From positions 66,690-130,689 of the forward strand of contig JAFZEI010000028.1 in assembly GCA_017560765.1 (NCBI GenBank): a stretch of 64,000 nt of DNA. The letters are read 5' to 3'. Under the pieces are notes generated by a model. The model searched no databases. It saw only the letters and a list, made by a program, of their open reading frames with translations, and was not told the DNA's origin. The first letter of the stretch is position 1; every line of letters starts with the position of its first letter. A program made the position numbers and the translations under genes. Positions 10,070 through 20,400 of this stretch are shown here, one piece after another. Origin of the DNA: Clostridia bacterium (GTDB lineage Bacteria; Bacillota; Clostridia; UBA1212; UBA1255).

Positions 10070-10953
10070 TTTAGCCACCTCCTTGTAAATAAGATGAATA
10101 TGAGAATTGTAACAAGAGCGAGAAGCATATACATCCAACTCAATGCAGATGCCATACCATACTCTGTTCCTTTTTCAGTCATTTCATTCATCATACTCAT
10201 TACCGGGTTATTATACTTTGTAAATGAGTCAACAAGAGCATATATACAATTCAAAATAACAAAAGGTGAAATATAAGGAAGTGTTACATGCCAGAAAGAT
10301 TCCCATGCTGTAGCTCCGTCAATTTCAACTACCTCATAAAGAATATCAGGAACGCTCTGCAAGGCAGCAAGGAATATCAAAATCTCAACACTACTGCTCC
10401 ACATGATATCTCCGATATACTGGGTAATTTTTCCTCCGAATGAAGAGAAAATACCTGAAGAAGAATTTACAAGAGAACCAAATACGCTGATACTTCCTAC
10501 TCCTTCGCCAAAGAGATAGCTCATTATTACTCCCGCAAGAATAACGGGGATAAAGAATATTACTCTAAAATAAACTCTTCCTGCAAACTTTTGTTTAAGA
10601 AGCACTGCAACAAACAATGCAAAGAAAACTATTATCGGAACTTGCCAAAGAGAATCTAAGAAGGAATTCAGCATAACCTCACCGACTTCCGGATCTTGAA
10701 CAATATCCACATAGTTCTGAATACCATTCCACTTACTCTGTCCTTCAAAACCATAAAGGTCTGTAAGCTGAGTAATATAAAAACTGATTCTGATTGAAAG
10801 CACTAACGGAACCATAATAAAGATTATGAAACCGATTACCCATGGTAATGAGAATCCCCATCCCTCAAGAGACTTTCTTCTTTCAAAGGAAATAACACTG
10901 CCTAAAGTACGCTTATGCGCTAATTTCTTTTTTGCTTTTATCTGTTTAGCCAT
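10066..10953 (-). CDS. Sugar ABC transporter permease (MalF-like)
   Basis: The 295-aa protein has 6 TM segments and an ABC-TM1 EAA-like motif (IDGATAWESFWHVTLPY). Confidence 0.85.
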   Translation of the reverse strand: MAKQIKAKKKLAHKRTLGSVISFERRKSLEGWGFSLPWVIGFIIFIMVPLVLSIRISFYITQLTDLYGFEGQSKWNGIQNYVDIVQDPEVGEVMLNSFLDSLWQVPIIVFFALFVAVLLKQKFAGRVYFRVIFFIPVILAGVIMSYLFGEGVGSISVFGSLVNSSSGIFSSFGGKITQYIGDIMWSSSVEILIFLAALQSVPDILYEVVEIDGATAWESFWHVTLPYISPFVILNCIYALVDSFTKYNNPVMSMMNEMTEKGTEYGMASALSWMYMLLALVTILIFILFTRRWLK

Positions 10954-10956
10954 GCA

Positions 10957-13446
10957 TTACTTCCCTCCCTTCTCTGAAATTTTATAGCTTTCTGCATTAA
11001 TTGTAATCTTTTCGCCATTAACATCCGTAACTGTTTGTTCAGCTGCCTCATAGTTTACATAAACTCTTGTACCGTCTGAATACTCTGTACAGAAAATATC
11101 AAGGCCGTCAACTACTCTAAAATGGTCTGAAATATCAAGTTTTGCAAAAGGTTTAACTGCCTCAGCAACAGCCTTATAACGCTCTACAATTTCATTTTTT
11201 AATGTTGAATATTCTGAACGATACAAACCATTGTAATAGGTATATCTCAATTCACTTGTCTTTTCTTCTGTAATCTCATAAGACATGAGAGAACCGTATT
11301 CTATAGAACGAAGAGTAAAGAATGCTTCATCGTCTTGATTGTTTACAGGAGCTGAATAATAGTCAACCAATCCATGATATACAATCTGCATAAAAGGAAT
11401 CTCTTCATCCAAAACAAGGTGAGATGACTTTTCAATAGGCATATCAACGATTATGTCTGCATACGGAATTGCGTATGAGTTTCCGCTATATACTGCAACA
11501 TCATCAAAGTTAGCACCGTATTTCTGAAGCCACTTTACATATAAGCTGATTGTCTGTACTCTAAACAAAGGATTTTCTTCGTTATAATCAGAAAATACAT
11601 TGTCACCCAACTGTTGTAAATCAACATTATTAGCACCAAAATCTTTGAGTCTTTCAATCAAATCATCAATAAGCTCTTGATCGAAATATTTAGGTCCCAT
11701 AACATAGAAGTCAGTTTTTCTGAACACACCTGATGTATCCTTTATATAGTAGTTAAGGTAAAAAGTATTCGCCTGTTTAACAATTGAGTTTCTAAATGTT
11801 GCACCATTAGTAGGGCTACCGTAAACAATTAAAAGGTTGTTATCAAGAGCAAGCGTAATATCTTTTCCTTTTGCCCAGCTGTACAAGTCTTTTAAATCAC
11901 TCTTTCCGCCGTAAGAACCATCAACCTTAAGCTTTGATGTGGCATTCCAGAAGTAACCGCCTTTCTGCCAGCCTAAAAGTGAAAGACGCAAATCAGAAGC
12001 ACCCATTGAATCAAGCTCATTATAAATAGAACGAACGTCCTCAAAATCAGTCATGACCTTAACTTGATCAAGGACACCACCTACTTCATTTTGAGCTCCC
12101 ATAAATAATTTTAAATTAAGTACTGGTGAATCACCTGAGTTTCCTGTAGCAAGTTCTACACCATAGCGTTCCTTCCATTGAGCAAGAAGATTAGAACGAA
12201 CTTCTTTTGCAACATCAACATAAGAATATTCTTCTGTTTCTGATGTTGTAATCTTAGTTCTTTGCTCAACATCACCTAATTGCTTATCCTTTACAACCAT
12301 GTCATACTGTGTACCACCGTTTGAAATCTGAAGTTTATAGAAATCACGGTAATTGTATTGGAAATAAATAGCATAGAAAGGAAGGTTTCTAATGCCGGGA
12401 TTTGAAATTTTAAGCTCAGCATTTGAATCTCCTTCTTTTATGAAAGAAGTCATTATAGAGTTTGCTGCGCTGTTAATATTCTCTCCATCATCATCAATAT
12501 TCTCAACGATACCATATGCGCCAATAGAAAGAAGCAAGTTGTTATAATCCGGTGCATCGCTTACATCGAATGTCAAATCATTACCATAAAGCTTCTTTGA
12601 ATACTCGTTGTAGTTTGTGATTCTTGCTGTGTCAAATTTTGTAAGAGCACCCGTACCATCCGGTGTTACAAAGTAACCCTCTTGACCGCTACGATGAGCA
12701 CCCATATAAGGAAGAACACTTAAAGACACCAAGAGAGGTCTTCTGTCTTGTTGCTCATTTTCAAGACCTTTTCTTTCGATTATACCATTTACAGGAATTC
12801 TGTAAACGAGCTCATCATTTTCGATAGTAATCTCAACAGAAAACTCTAATTCAAGTTCCTTCATCTCATAACGAAGACGAACACCGTTTTCTATGTAATA
12901 GGCAGTTTTAACATGTGCCATTTGATTTACACCAAGTGTGAATCCGCCGTCCATACCTGATTTTGTATAACCTACAAAAACAGGCGAAGTAATAAATTGA
13001 CCTGTTTCTGAATTTTCAGCATACAAATCCAAATCAGAAGTTTCGCCTTCTTCAAGTGTTGTTTCATGAATAGGCTCAGGATATGAGCGGAAAATCTCAC
13101 CCGTAACCAAATCCTCTAATATGAAAAGATTATCTCTGTTTGAGAAGCTTAGTTTCAATTTGTCATTCTCTGCTACAACTGTCATACCTTGATCAGTAAG
13201 CATTACACCGTTTATTCCCTTTGATTTATCAGGCGCAGCAACTTCTCTGATACCCTCTACACCATCTTTAGGGAAATTAACCTCATTTCCGTCGCCTGTG
13301 GCCACTGCAACGATGATAAAAGCAAGAATACAAACAAATACAAGAGCTACGCATCCCTTGATTATTTTTACTCTTTTTTCTCGTCTTGCTACTTGAAACA
13401 AAGGATCATTATTTTGTTTTTCTTCAACATTTTTCTTCTTAAACAA
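10957..13446 (-). CDS. Large membrane-anchored extracytoplasmic protein of unknown function (DUF5696-like by size and context; possible glycoside-hydrolase-like fold)
   Basis: The 829-aa protein has a cytoplasmic N-terminus, one TM helix (CVALVFVCILAFIIVAVA), and a large extracellular body. No recognisable catalytic motif. It is embedded between the permease pairs. Confidence 0.5.
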   Translation of the reverse strand: MFKKKNVEEKQNNDPLFQVARREKRVKIIKGCVALVFVCILAFIIVAVATGDGNEVNFPKDGVEGIREVAAPDKSKGINGVMLTDQGMTVVAENDKLKLSFSNRDNLFILEDLVTGEIFRSYPEPIHETTLEEGETSDLDLYAENSETGQFITSPVFVGYTKSGMDGGFTLGVNQMAHVKTAYYIENGVRLRYEMKELELEFSVEITIENDELVYRIPVNGIIERKGLENEQQDRRPLLVSLSVLPYMGAHRSGQEGYFVTPDGTGALTKFDTARITNYNEYSKKLYGNDLTFDVSDAPDYNNLLLSIGAYGIVENIDDDGENINSAANSIMTSFIKEGDSNAELKISNPGIRNLPFYAIYFQYNYRDFYKLQISNGGTQYDMVVKDKQLGDVEQRTKITTSETEEYSYVDVAKEVRSNLLAQWKERYGVELATGNSGDSPVLNLKLFMGAQNEVGGVLDQVKVMTDFEDVRSIYNELDSMGASDLRLSLLGWQKGGYFWNATSKLKVDGSYGGKSDLKDLYSWAKGKDITLALDNNLLIVYGSPTNGATFRNSIVKQANTFYLNYYIKDTSGVFRKTDFYVMGPKYFDQELIDDLIERLKDFGANNVDLQQLGDNVFSDYNEENPLFRVQTISLYVKWLQKYGANFDDVAVYSGNSYAIPYADIIVDMPIEKSSHLVLDEEIPFMQIVYHGLVDYYSAPVNNQDDEAFFTLRSIEYGSLMSYEITEEKTSELRYTYYNGLYRSEYSTLKNEIVERYKAVAEAVKPFAKLDISDHFRVVDGLDIFCTEYSDGTRVYVNYEAAEQTVTDVNGEKITINAESYKISEKGGK

Positions 13447-15535
13447 GATAAATCATCTCCTTACCAAATTGAATAATAAAGTCAAACATTTGGGCTGCAA
13501 GACCGTATACTATAAGGAACAGTAACACTACCGCAACTACGCCGACAGCGGTCAGCATAAATACAACAAATGCCTTTACAGGATGGAAACCATGTATACC
13601 TTTTATACAGAAGTACACAAGAGCAATCGTGTAAATCGTAAGTAATGTGCCAAGAATTCCGTAAATACCGGACTCATTTAATGTAAGCAAATGTGTAAGT
13701 GCTGCATACGGTAATGAAAGAAGCATCAAAGGACCATGACAGTATGCACCGCCTATAACAACGTCTCTGAATCTACCTTCACCGTACATAATCGTTGTAA
13801 CACCATAATTTACTATACAAACAACACCCCAAGGTAAAAACGCAAAGAAGAAAGTCAATACCGGTTCTATTGTATCGAGTGATGCTCCACCTCTGTAAAT
13901 AAAGCTTGTAGCGTATGCAGAAATAACAGAAACAATCGCATACAAAATCATTATAGCTATCATATCTAAATATGAACCCTGGTTTTCATATCTGATTTCT
14001 TCAAAGCCGTCTACAGGATGACGCATTATGTTAGTAACGCGACCAAAGAAATGCTTAATTGCAGTAAAGAAATTTTTCCTTTCCACAGGCACTCCGTATT
14101 TCTTTCTTCTGAATTTCTTAATAGTAACAACGGCAACCCAAAGAGCTAACAACACAACAATTGTAATTACTATCCATGAGAAATAATCTCTTAAGAAATC
14201 CGCTCTCATTTCTTCATAAGCTTCTGATGCATATGTTGCATTTTCAGCTTCATAGAAGAAATCGTAAGCTTCACTGTTAAATTCTTCTCTTAATTTAATG
14301 TTACCTATATTAACAAGTGCGAGAGAATAATAATTACTCTTCTCAACAACTTTCTCCCATTCTTTAAGGGATTCCTCGTACTTACCATCGCTGTAATATG
14401 CGTTTGCAACATGTACTAGATTTGCAAATTCTGTAGGTTTAAATACTGTTATATTACCTGTTGTTTTATTAAGTACATAAACTCTTCCATTTCCGTCAGT
14501 TTCTATACTAACCGGATACGAAAGCTGACCGTAACCATTACCCTTTGTGCCAAAAGCAAATAAGTTATTGCCTCTTTCATCATACTCATAAATTCTGCCA
14601 TACTGTCTGTCTACAATAAGCATGTTATTGTATTTATCAACTGTAACATCACAGAATATCTGATTTATTGTTGAAAAGCTTGACATGATACTGTTGTCAC
14701 GGAAATCATACGCTCCATAAAGTACATCCGAACCGCCAATGTTGATTTTACGAACTTGCGGAGGAGTTTCCGTTGTTGTTGTAGCATACATATAACCGTC
14801 TGCACTGGAGTAAATGTTAGTAAATGTATAAGGAAGTGTAACGACTGAACCCTTTCTGTCCTCACGGCTCCAAAGAAGCTTTGCTAATGATTCCCAAAAT
14901 GAGAGGTTAACTTTATTCGTACCATAATAACTTATAAACTCACCATTTGAGCTAAGCTGCATAATACCGTTACTGTCACCTTTGTTAGTTACATACATAA
15001 AACCTCTTGAATCTTTTGTTATCTTCTCCGGCTGATAGGAGAAATCCTTTGAAAGAAGGTCACTTTCAGGTTTTGAGTACGAATAACGAAGGTTTCCGTA
15101 TTTTGTAAATTCAACAATACGACCGTTTCCTGAGTCTGCAACAATAATTGCTCCGTCATCAGGGTCTACATATACACCTGTAGGATCTTTTAAAGCAGAC
15201 AAATCACCATCTACATATGTTCCGTCACTGCTGATTTCGAAAAGGAATTTATAGTCAGCACCATATACAACAATTCTGTTGTTACCTGTGTCTGCAACAT
15301 AAATCTTTCCTTCATCATCAATAAACATATCCTCCGGATTTTTGAGCTTTCCTGTTTCTGTTGAAAGAAAGTCGATAACCGTACTTGTTTCATAAGCTGC
15401 AGGAATAGGTTTTGCGGTCTTCTCTTTTTCCTGAATATAGTAGTTTGCATAAGGTGTTCTTGCACTTGCAGTTATACCTGTTGAAAGTACTAAGGAAGTT
15501 AATATAAGAAGACATATAAATTTTTTAAACTTCAT
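13439..15535 (-). CDS. NHL-repeat beta-propeller fused to a C-terminal Yip1-domain membrane module (YIP1 family protein)
   Basis: Signal peptide, then about five NHL-like blades (IYVADTGNNRIVVY, IIVADSGNGRIVEF, MLIVDRQYGRIYEY, VYVLNKTTGNITVF), a TM segment, then 5 further TMs typical of Yip1. Confidence 0.7.
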   Translation of the reverse strand: MKFKKFICLLILTSLVLSTGITASARTPYANYYIQEKEKTAKPIPAAYETSTVIDFLSTETGKLKNPEDMFIDDEGKIYVADTGNNRIVVYGADYKFLFEISSDGTYVDGDLSALKDPTGVYVDPDDGAIIVADSGNGRIVEFTKYGNLRYSYSKPESDLLSKDFSYQPEKITKDSRGFMYVTNKGDSNGIMQLSSNGEFISYYGTNKVNLSFWESLAKLLWSREDRKGSVVTLPYTFTNIYSSADGYMYATTTTETPPQVRKINIGGSDVLYGAYDFRDNSIMSSFSTINQIFCDVTVDKYNNMLIVDRQYGRIYEYDERGNNLFAFGTKGNGYGQLSYPVSIETDGNGRVYVLNKTTGNITVFKPTEFANLVHVANAYYSDGKYEESLKEWEKVVEKSNYYSLALVNIGNIKLREEFNSEAYDFFYEAENATYASEAYEEMRADFLRDYFSWIVITIVVLLALWVAVVTIKKFRRKKYGVPVERKNFFTAIKHFFGRVTNIMRHPVDGFEEIRYENQGSYLDMIAIMILYAIVSVISAYATSFIYRGGASLDTIEPVLTFFFAFLPWGVVCIVNYGVTTIMYGEGRFRDVVIGGAYCHGPLMLLSLPYAALTHLLTLNESGIYGILGTLLTIYTIALVYFCIKGIHGFHPVKAFVVFMLTAVGVVAVVLLFLIVYGLAAQMFDFIIQFGKEMIYLV

Positions 15536-15551
15536 TGCCCTTAAACCTCCG

Positions 15552-16421
15552 TTATTTAATTCCTGAGTGTGCCATTGTGTCTTGAACTCTGCTCTGGTTA
15601 ATGATGAAGATTATGATACTCGGAAGAGTCATAATTAAACCAGATGCAGCTCCGGCACCTGTTCTGGCAATACCGCCGCCAATAGTTGACATGAAAAATC
15701 CTAATGTTCTTAACTGCTCTTTGTAAATATACGTTGTAGATGTACCTGTCTCGCCCCAAATACCACCAAACGTAAGAATAATAACAGTTGCTTGAGCGTT
15801 TTTAAGAAGTGGGATTGCTATCTTTTGATAAAGTTGCCATTCAGAAGCACCGTCAATCTTACCGGCTTCGAAAATATCATTCGGAACCGTATCAAGGAAC
15901 TGCTTCATAAGGAACAAACACGTTGTATTGGCAAGAGCCGGTATTATATAAACCAAATAGGTATTATCAATTCCAATTGATGTAATAATCAAATATGCCG
16001 GAATACCTGCCGCTGATGCAATAAACATCATTGATGTTGTTACAAGGCTCATCAAACCTTTTTTGCCTGGGAACTTGTGTTTTGACAAAGGATAAGATGT
16101 CATTGTCAAAAGCCATACCAAACAGAAAATATAACATACTGTTATCAAAATTGTATTAAAGAGATACCTTGTAAACGGTACTGCACTATTAGCTGTTATA
16201 GCCGTCAAATCCTTAAAGTTTTGAATCGTCGGATTCTTAACAAAGAATGTAGGCGGATAGAGGAACAACTCCTCCGGTGGCTTAAATGCTGTACACACAA
16301 GGTATATCAACGGAAGCAAAGATACTGCGCCGGCTAAAGTAAGGAATACTAATATGACGACTTTACCGTGATCTTTACGTTTTTTAGCTTTCTTTAAATA
16401 ATCAACGTCTACCTGAAACAT
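15552..16421 (-). CDS. Carbohydrate ABC transporter permease (MalG-like)
   Basis: The 289-aa protein has 6 TM segments and an EAA loop (IDGASEWQLYQKIAIPLL). Confidence 0.85.
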   Translation of the reverse strand: MFQVDVDYLKKAKKRKDHGKVVILVFLTLAGAVSLLPLIYLVCTAFKPPEELFLYPPTFFVKNPTIQNFKDLTAITANSAVPFTRYLFNTILITVCYIFCLVWLLTMTSYPLSKHKFPGKKGLMSLVTTSMMFIASAAGIPAYLIITSIGIDNTYLVYIIPALANTTCLFLMKQFLDTVPNDIFEAGKIDGASEWQLYQKIAIPLLKNAQATVIILTFGGIWGETGTSTTYIYKEQLRTLGFFMSTIGGGIARTGAGAASGLIMTLPSIIIFIINQSRVQDTMAHSGIK

Positions 16422-16425
16422 ATTA

Positions 16426-17403
16426 TCACTCCTTCTCGCCTAAAACTTTAAATGCAACACGACCGATACCGAGAATCATAACAGAAAGAACCACGGCAAT
16501 AGCAGATGCGTAACCTACCTCAAATCGTGTACCTGAATAGTCACTAAGATGCAACATAATTGTAAGAGCAGCGTCCTCAGGGCTCGGGTGTCCGGCAATC
16601 GTTCCGCCTACAGAGAATGAACCTGTAATTGTAATAACAGCGGCAAACAACAATTGCGGCATTGTTTGAGGAACGTCTACATACAAAAGCTTTTGAAATC
16701 TTGACGTAACACCGTCAACCGAAGCTGCATCGTAAAGTTCTCTGTCAACACCACGGAAACCGGCAACGAATGAAAGGAACTGTGTACTCAAACTTGACCA
16801 CAACGCAACAATGATAACGACAGGCATAATATAATTAACATCCTGTAGCCATTGAATAGGTTCATAAATTAAACCTAAATTTAAAAGCAAGGAGTTAAGG
16901 TAACCTGTACTATCGTTTGAAAACATTACCGCCCAAACAACAGCCATGGCAACACCGCTTGTAAGAGCAGGTGCATAGAACGCCAAAACGTAAATAGGTC
17001 TTACCTTATCCGGAACCTGGTTAATAAACCACGCAAAGAAATATGACGCAATATAAGAAACAGGTCCAACAATTACTGCGTATGTCAAAGTATTTGTAAA
17101 TGCCTTTAAGAAAAGAGCATCATCAACAAACAAATAAACATAGTTTTCAAGTCCGTTAAAAACCGGATCTTCGAAAATGTTCCAATATGTAAAACTGAGA
17201 CCTAATGATGCCAACAAAGGTAACAACGAAAAAGTAATAAAGATAATGAAGAATGGAGCTACCATCGCATAAGACATCTTATGTGTCCACATTTCGTGGA
17301 GTGTGTATCCAAGTCTCTTCTCTACATTGAAAAATCTCTTTTTCGGTGCAACGGGCTTATTTGCTTCAGCTTTTTTTAATTTTTTCTCTTCTTTCTTACT
17401 CAC
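16426..17403 (-). CDS. Sugar ABC transporter permease (MalF-like)
   Basis: The 325-aa protein has 6 TM segments and an EAA loop (VDGVTSRFQKLLYVDVP). Confidence 0.85.
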   Translation of the reverse strand: MSKKEEKKLKKAEANKPVAPKKRFFNVEKRLGYTLHEMWTHKMSYAMVAPFFIIFITFSLLPLLASLGLSFTYWNIFEDPVFNGLENYVYLFVDDALFLKAFTNTLTYAVIVGPVSYIASYFFAWFINQVPDKVRPIYVLAFYAPALTSGVAMAVVWAVMFSNDSTGYLNSLLLNLGLIYEPIQWLQDVNYIMPVVIIVALWSSLSTQFLSFVAGFRGVDRELYDAASVDGVTSRFQKLLYVDVPQTMPQLLFAAVITITGSFSVGGTIAGHPSPEDAALTIMLHLSDYSGTRFEVGYASAIAVVLSVMILGIGRVAFKVLGEKE

Positions 17404-17418
17404 AAATTATCCCTCCAA

Positions 17419-20400
17419 TCACTTTGCAGCAGCACGATCAATATAAATCGCACCATCTTTGGGGATGCCAAACTCTGCTTGCTTACGACGCATCTCTTTA
17501 TTGATTTCTTTTACAGCATCTTCAAGAGCAATTCTACCGCTAAGTCCCTGCATAACAGTTTGGTTCAACGCTGTAACCAAATATCTTGATGTATAGTAAT
17601 CACCCATAGTTCCCGGCGTTTCATCCAAATGCTCCCATTGAGCATTAATAACATCAAGCTCCTCCTGTGAATAAGGAAGTGATTGAAGTGCTACCTTGTT
17701 TGCAGGATTCCAACGAGAAGCAACGCCAAATGTAGCCTCTACCTCTCTACCGTATTCTGCCTGAACAGCATTAGAAAGCCACCATTGAATAAACGTCCAT
17801 GACTCAGCATAATGTTGTTTTTCTTCGTTGTCCTGTTTTATGATGATACAACAAGAAGCAACACCACTTATGGATCTGTCAATAAACTCTTCGCCTGTCT
17901 CCTCATCAACATGAGCCTTACCGGGAAGTAATGTCATTGCCCACTTACCATTAAGCTCAGGAGCGGAATAATAAAGTTGTTGATAGAATGTTAAGTCAGC
18001 AATACCTATAGGCATCTCACCTGACTTAAATCTCATGTAGAAGTTTGCCGCATATACGAAATTATACTGGAGATATAAGTTTGAATATTCCATAAAAGCA
18101 TCGTATGCGAGCTCAGTATTCAATGCTGATTGCATTGCATCAGGAGTGTAGAAATCTCCACCATACTGATAAAGCATAGGCGTGTAACCTCCTACTCCAT
18201 AGTTAAAACAGAAGTCATAACCTGAGTTTGTCAAAGTAGGAAGAATATCATATACCTCATCCCAAGTCTCCGGAGGCTCTACTCCTAAAGTATCAAAAAT
18301 ATCAGTTCTGTAGAACAAAGCGTTCCAGTTTTGAGTCTCAGGGAAAGCGTAGTAGTCACCCAAATAGTTAAAAGGAACAAACGCCTCATCATGGTATGAT
18401 TGTATACCATACGGATTATCTGTATTTTTCCAGAGCTCATCAAATGTCATTACATCTATGCCATTATATTCGTCAACGCATACCTCATTAAGAGGGGCAA
18501 GAGCACCTCTGATGGCAAATTCAAAAACAGAACCTTTACCAATTGAAATAGCGAGGTCAGGAGCAGTTCCTGCAACATAACGTGGCATAATCAATCCCTC
18601 AGAAGATCCGGCTACCATGTTGATGTTTACTTTGATACCATACTCTGGTGTAAACTGCTCACTTACCATATTACGCATAATATCTACGTGTTCACGACCT
18701 CTGGCAACATAAACCTCAATCTCCGGCATACCTTCTGTATCGAGACCCTCACGAGCACCGGCGTTCTCATATTTTTCATTGTCAAATGAATTTAAAAATC
18801 TTACAGCACCAACATATAAGCTCTGCCAAGCATTGCTTCTTGCATCAGGATAATCATAATCCTTGGGAGCTGCAACCATGTAGTCAATAGCAATAGGTTG
18901 TTCCTTAATAGAAACCATTGTATTACTCAAACCGGTCTGTGCATTTGTAATATCGTTAAGAGAAATAGCAACTTTTTCTAAATCTTCATCGAAATCCTCA
19001 AACAATTCGCTGGCTACTTTAACAGCAGAAGCATAAGAAGTAACCTTACCGCCATTTAAGTAAATGATATCTTCATAACACTTGTTGAAAACATCAATGT
19101 ATGTCTTAATATCCTCTTGAATTGTAGGGATATAAAGCTGTAAATCATAGTCTCTGTTTTTATCTATTGTATATCCACCTGATGATGTACGCGCCGAAGC
19201 AGTAATTTTAACAATTTTATTTACAAGTGTTGATATTGAGTCCATAGATTCTTCTATTCTCTGGAGAGAATGACGAAGCGGACCAACTTTATTAACTAAA
19301 GAAATTGTATGATCGCCTTCTTCTAAGTAAAAGAGATATGGATTTTGATCTGCATCAAGCAAAGAGACAGCCGTCCAACCATCTGCATAAGGGAAACAAT
19401 ATTCTTCCATTTCTGCAAAAGGAATAGAACCGTCAATCTTTATCTCTTTAAAAGATGAAACGTATGTAAATTGAGATTTATAACGGAATCCCAATTCATA
19501 CCAACCTGTCTCAGGTACATTAAATGTCCATTCTACCTTATCTCCGCCTACAGACCATCTGTCACCACCGAATATATTAAACAGAGTAGCTTTATAAGAC
19601 GGAAGTGTTGCGTTTGAAGTTGTATAATAGTCATTGTCTGTTTCCATTCTGACACTTATACTTGTTGTCCAATCCGGAACCTCCATTTCCTTCTTTACAG
19701 ATGTTCCTGTATAAATGGCAGAATCTGAAAAACCTTTTTGTGTTTTATATTCTGCATAGGAAGGATTTACAACAGGAGCAATGAATTTAATATTGCGTAC
19801 CGCGCCGCTCTCTTTTGAGAACGTAAGAGCGATTTTGTGTGATCCTTTTTGCAAATAGAAACGATACGGATTTCTGTAAAGTCCGTCAGGGTTTGACATA
19901 ACAGTATTTTGCCAATCATAAATTTCTTGTGATTTCGGACGAATTTGATTGCCTACAACATCTTTATTTGAAGCATAATCATAATCATAAAAACCGTACA
20001 TTCTCTTTAATGCCATATTGGAAGCATCTTCAAAAGGAAGTTTACCATCTATAGTGAAATTCACCAGCATATCCGTATCACGGCCTGCAAGCATAAGATA
20101 CTCAATATAAAGTGAATATAAGCCGGCTTCATCAACTGTAATATCAAATTCCAGCTTTGTACCTTCATTGGAAACATAGAGCGCTCCTGCAATGTCTTCT
20201 AAAGAAAGAGACTTTTCGGAATTATCACTTTTATCAGTATACTTTACTCCGTTTTTATACTCTTCAATCTCATTAAGAAGAAAAACTTCTGACTCAGTAA
20301 GTTCCTTGTATTGAGAAAGGAAATCTCTAAGCCTTGAATCGGTAAGGTAGTCTTTAAGACCTTCTGCTGTATAGTCTTTTTCATCTACCCCTGATACACC

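Noticed and set aside
10066-10138. 73-nt overlap between two permease ORFs, which might indicate a frameshift or pseudogene
   Set aside because: An in-frame GTG at 10069 with AGGAGG 8 nt upstream gives a normal GTGA stop/start overlap. Both proteins keep full 6-TM permease architecture, so it is not a pseudogene.
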